From the NCBI RefSeq assembly GCF_963921235.1, contig NC_086097.1, positions 209,624,001 through 209,688,000 of the forward strand: DNA of 64,000 nt. The letters are read 5' to 3'. The position numbers and the translations under genes are program-made. The DNA is from Mobula hypostoma. Lineage: Eukaryota. Shown here piece after piece: positions 62,629-64,000 of this stretch (the stretch's first letter is position 1; each line of letters opens with the position of its first letter). The notes beneath the pieces are model-generated. The model searched no databases. It was not told where the DNA came from and saw only the letters and a list, made by a program, of their open reading frames with translations.

Positions 62629-64000
62629 TACTTAGAACTAGAAGTTAATTTGAAAGTTCCGTCTCAACCAGGTAACATAGCTCACCAGTAAAATTTCTAC
62701 TGGCTGTAGTGTTTCACCATTTGTTTCATACTGAAAATCAATCCTATTTTTTGTGTACAGATGATTCAGAATCTGTGTCACTTGATTTTCCCTGGGTCCA
62801 AAGAAATTTTGTTTATTTTCATTATGTTATTTGAATATTGAATATCAGTTGCTGCAGCATGTAAGAAAAAAAGCATCAAATTAATGTCACTGTATTTTTG
62901 GAATATAACGAGGACAGAACTGTAATTCAATTGAATTCTTTTTTTTCAGCTGGATAGTAATGTTGACATTTCAGAATGGCATCAGTTCCTTTTTGTTACC
63001 TTATTCAGTGGCATTAAGACGCTAGGTCAATTTTCATGACTGCAAATATTTTCATTTTAGCCTGCTATGTGTCTTTTGTCTTGTATCCAATTGCTCTAAT
63101 AGAATTCGCTTGCAAAATCTCATGGTGACTGCTTGCCGGCATGGATTGGGGAGGGCCATTCTGAGTACTGAAGAAGACATTGAGCTGCATAAACAGACCA
63201 CAAGGTGATTCTGGCCATGTAGTATGGAGCAATCTGTTACCTGTGGTTCACAGTACAGTCATTGTTTGATTTCACTCAGGGGGGCTAAAGCAAGTTGGGA
63301 AGGTGAGATGCCTCTCAGCAGTAGGTGTTAGCATTAATTGAAACTGGATTTTTTTCCATAGGTCTGAAATTCTGTTCTCAAATTTTTGATATAAACCTGT
63401 AGGCTTGATGCATGTGGACCCTCATTTTTTGCTCAGGTGGTTATTTGTGTGTGGCAGCATTTTCAAAATCTCAAGAGCTGATGCAAGCTGCTTTTTTAAA
63501 CAACAAAGTGAAAATGACTAAATTATGTAAATGTTAAAATGTACAGACTGGGTGATTATAATTTTTGCATATAAAGCAGCTGTTTAATAAAATAGCAGCT
63601 GAATTGTTATCTGAATTGTTTTCTTCAAGAAGCATTGAGCATCCCTGTAACCTGCACAGCTACATTAGTGATTGTCGTGGAGACAGACGTAGAGGATAAT
63701 CATGTTGCTTCCACTATAATTTTTGTTCCCTTTTCTGCATTATTTGACTCAGTTCACGTTAAATAAACACTGTTATCCCGTTTGTGATGAGATGGGAAAT
63801 TGGTCACACCTGAAATGACTGTCTCATTGATTATAACCCGTGTAGCATTTAACATGGCGTTTGAGTTATTGTCTACATTTTTTACATTAGAATGCTATCT
63901 TTGGTGTCTCTCTTATAAACTGTATGCTTGCTGGAAAGGCTCAGGCAGGCAAGCCACTGAACTACTCCAGGACTGTTCTCAAAATCAATCAGTCATTAAT

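Overview
Eukaryotic, repeat-dominated intronic or intergenic DNA, very probably from a cartilaginous fish (inferred from HE1/V-SINE-like and Deu-domain SINEs and abundant CR1, Rex1/Babar and Penelope-like elements). I found no intact host gene or convincing host exon. The window contains: a near-intact CsRn1-clade Ty3/Gypsy element (851-5227); a Tigger/pogo transposase relic; many CR1, Rex1/Babar, Tx1 and RTE LINE pieces; a Tc1 element very close to Sleeping Beauty; a second Tc1; solo LTRs; and at least ten Penelope-like (PLE) pieces carrying minimal hammerhead-ribozyme motifs, several as single insertions with inverted arms. The standout is a non-autonomous Gypsy LTR element (18144-22101). 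Its RT, RNase H and integrase core are replaced by an intronless fragment resembling the C-terminal proline motif and coiled coil of the host adaptor SH3KBP1/CIN85. That fragment is in frame with the upstream protease and, after one 1-nt indel, with the downstream integrase tail, which looks like cellular-gene transduction by an LTR retrotransposon. Family and protein names come from recalled motifs, not database searches. Boundaries of degraded repeats are approximate (about +/-20-50 nt).
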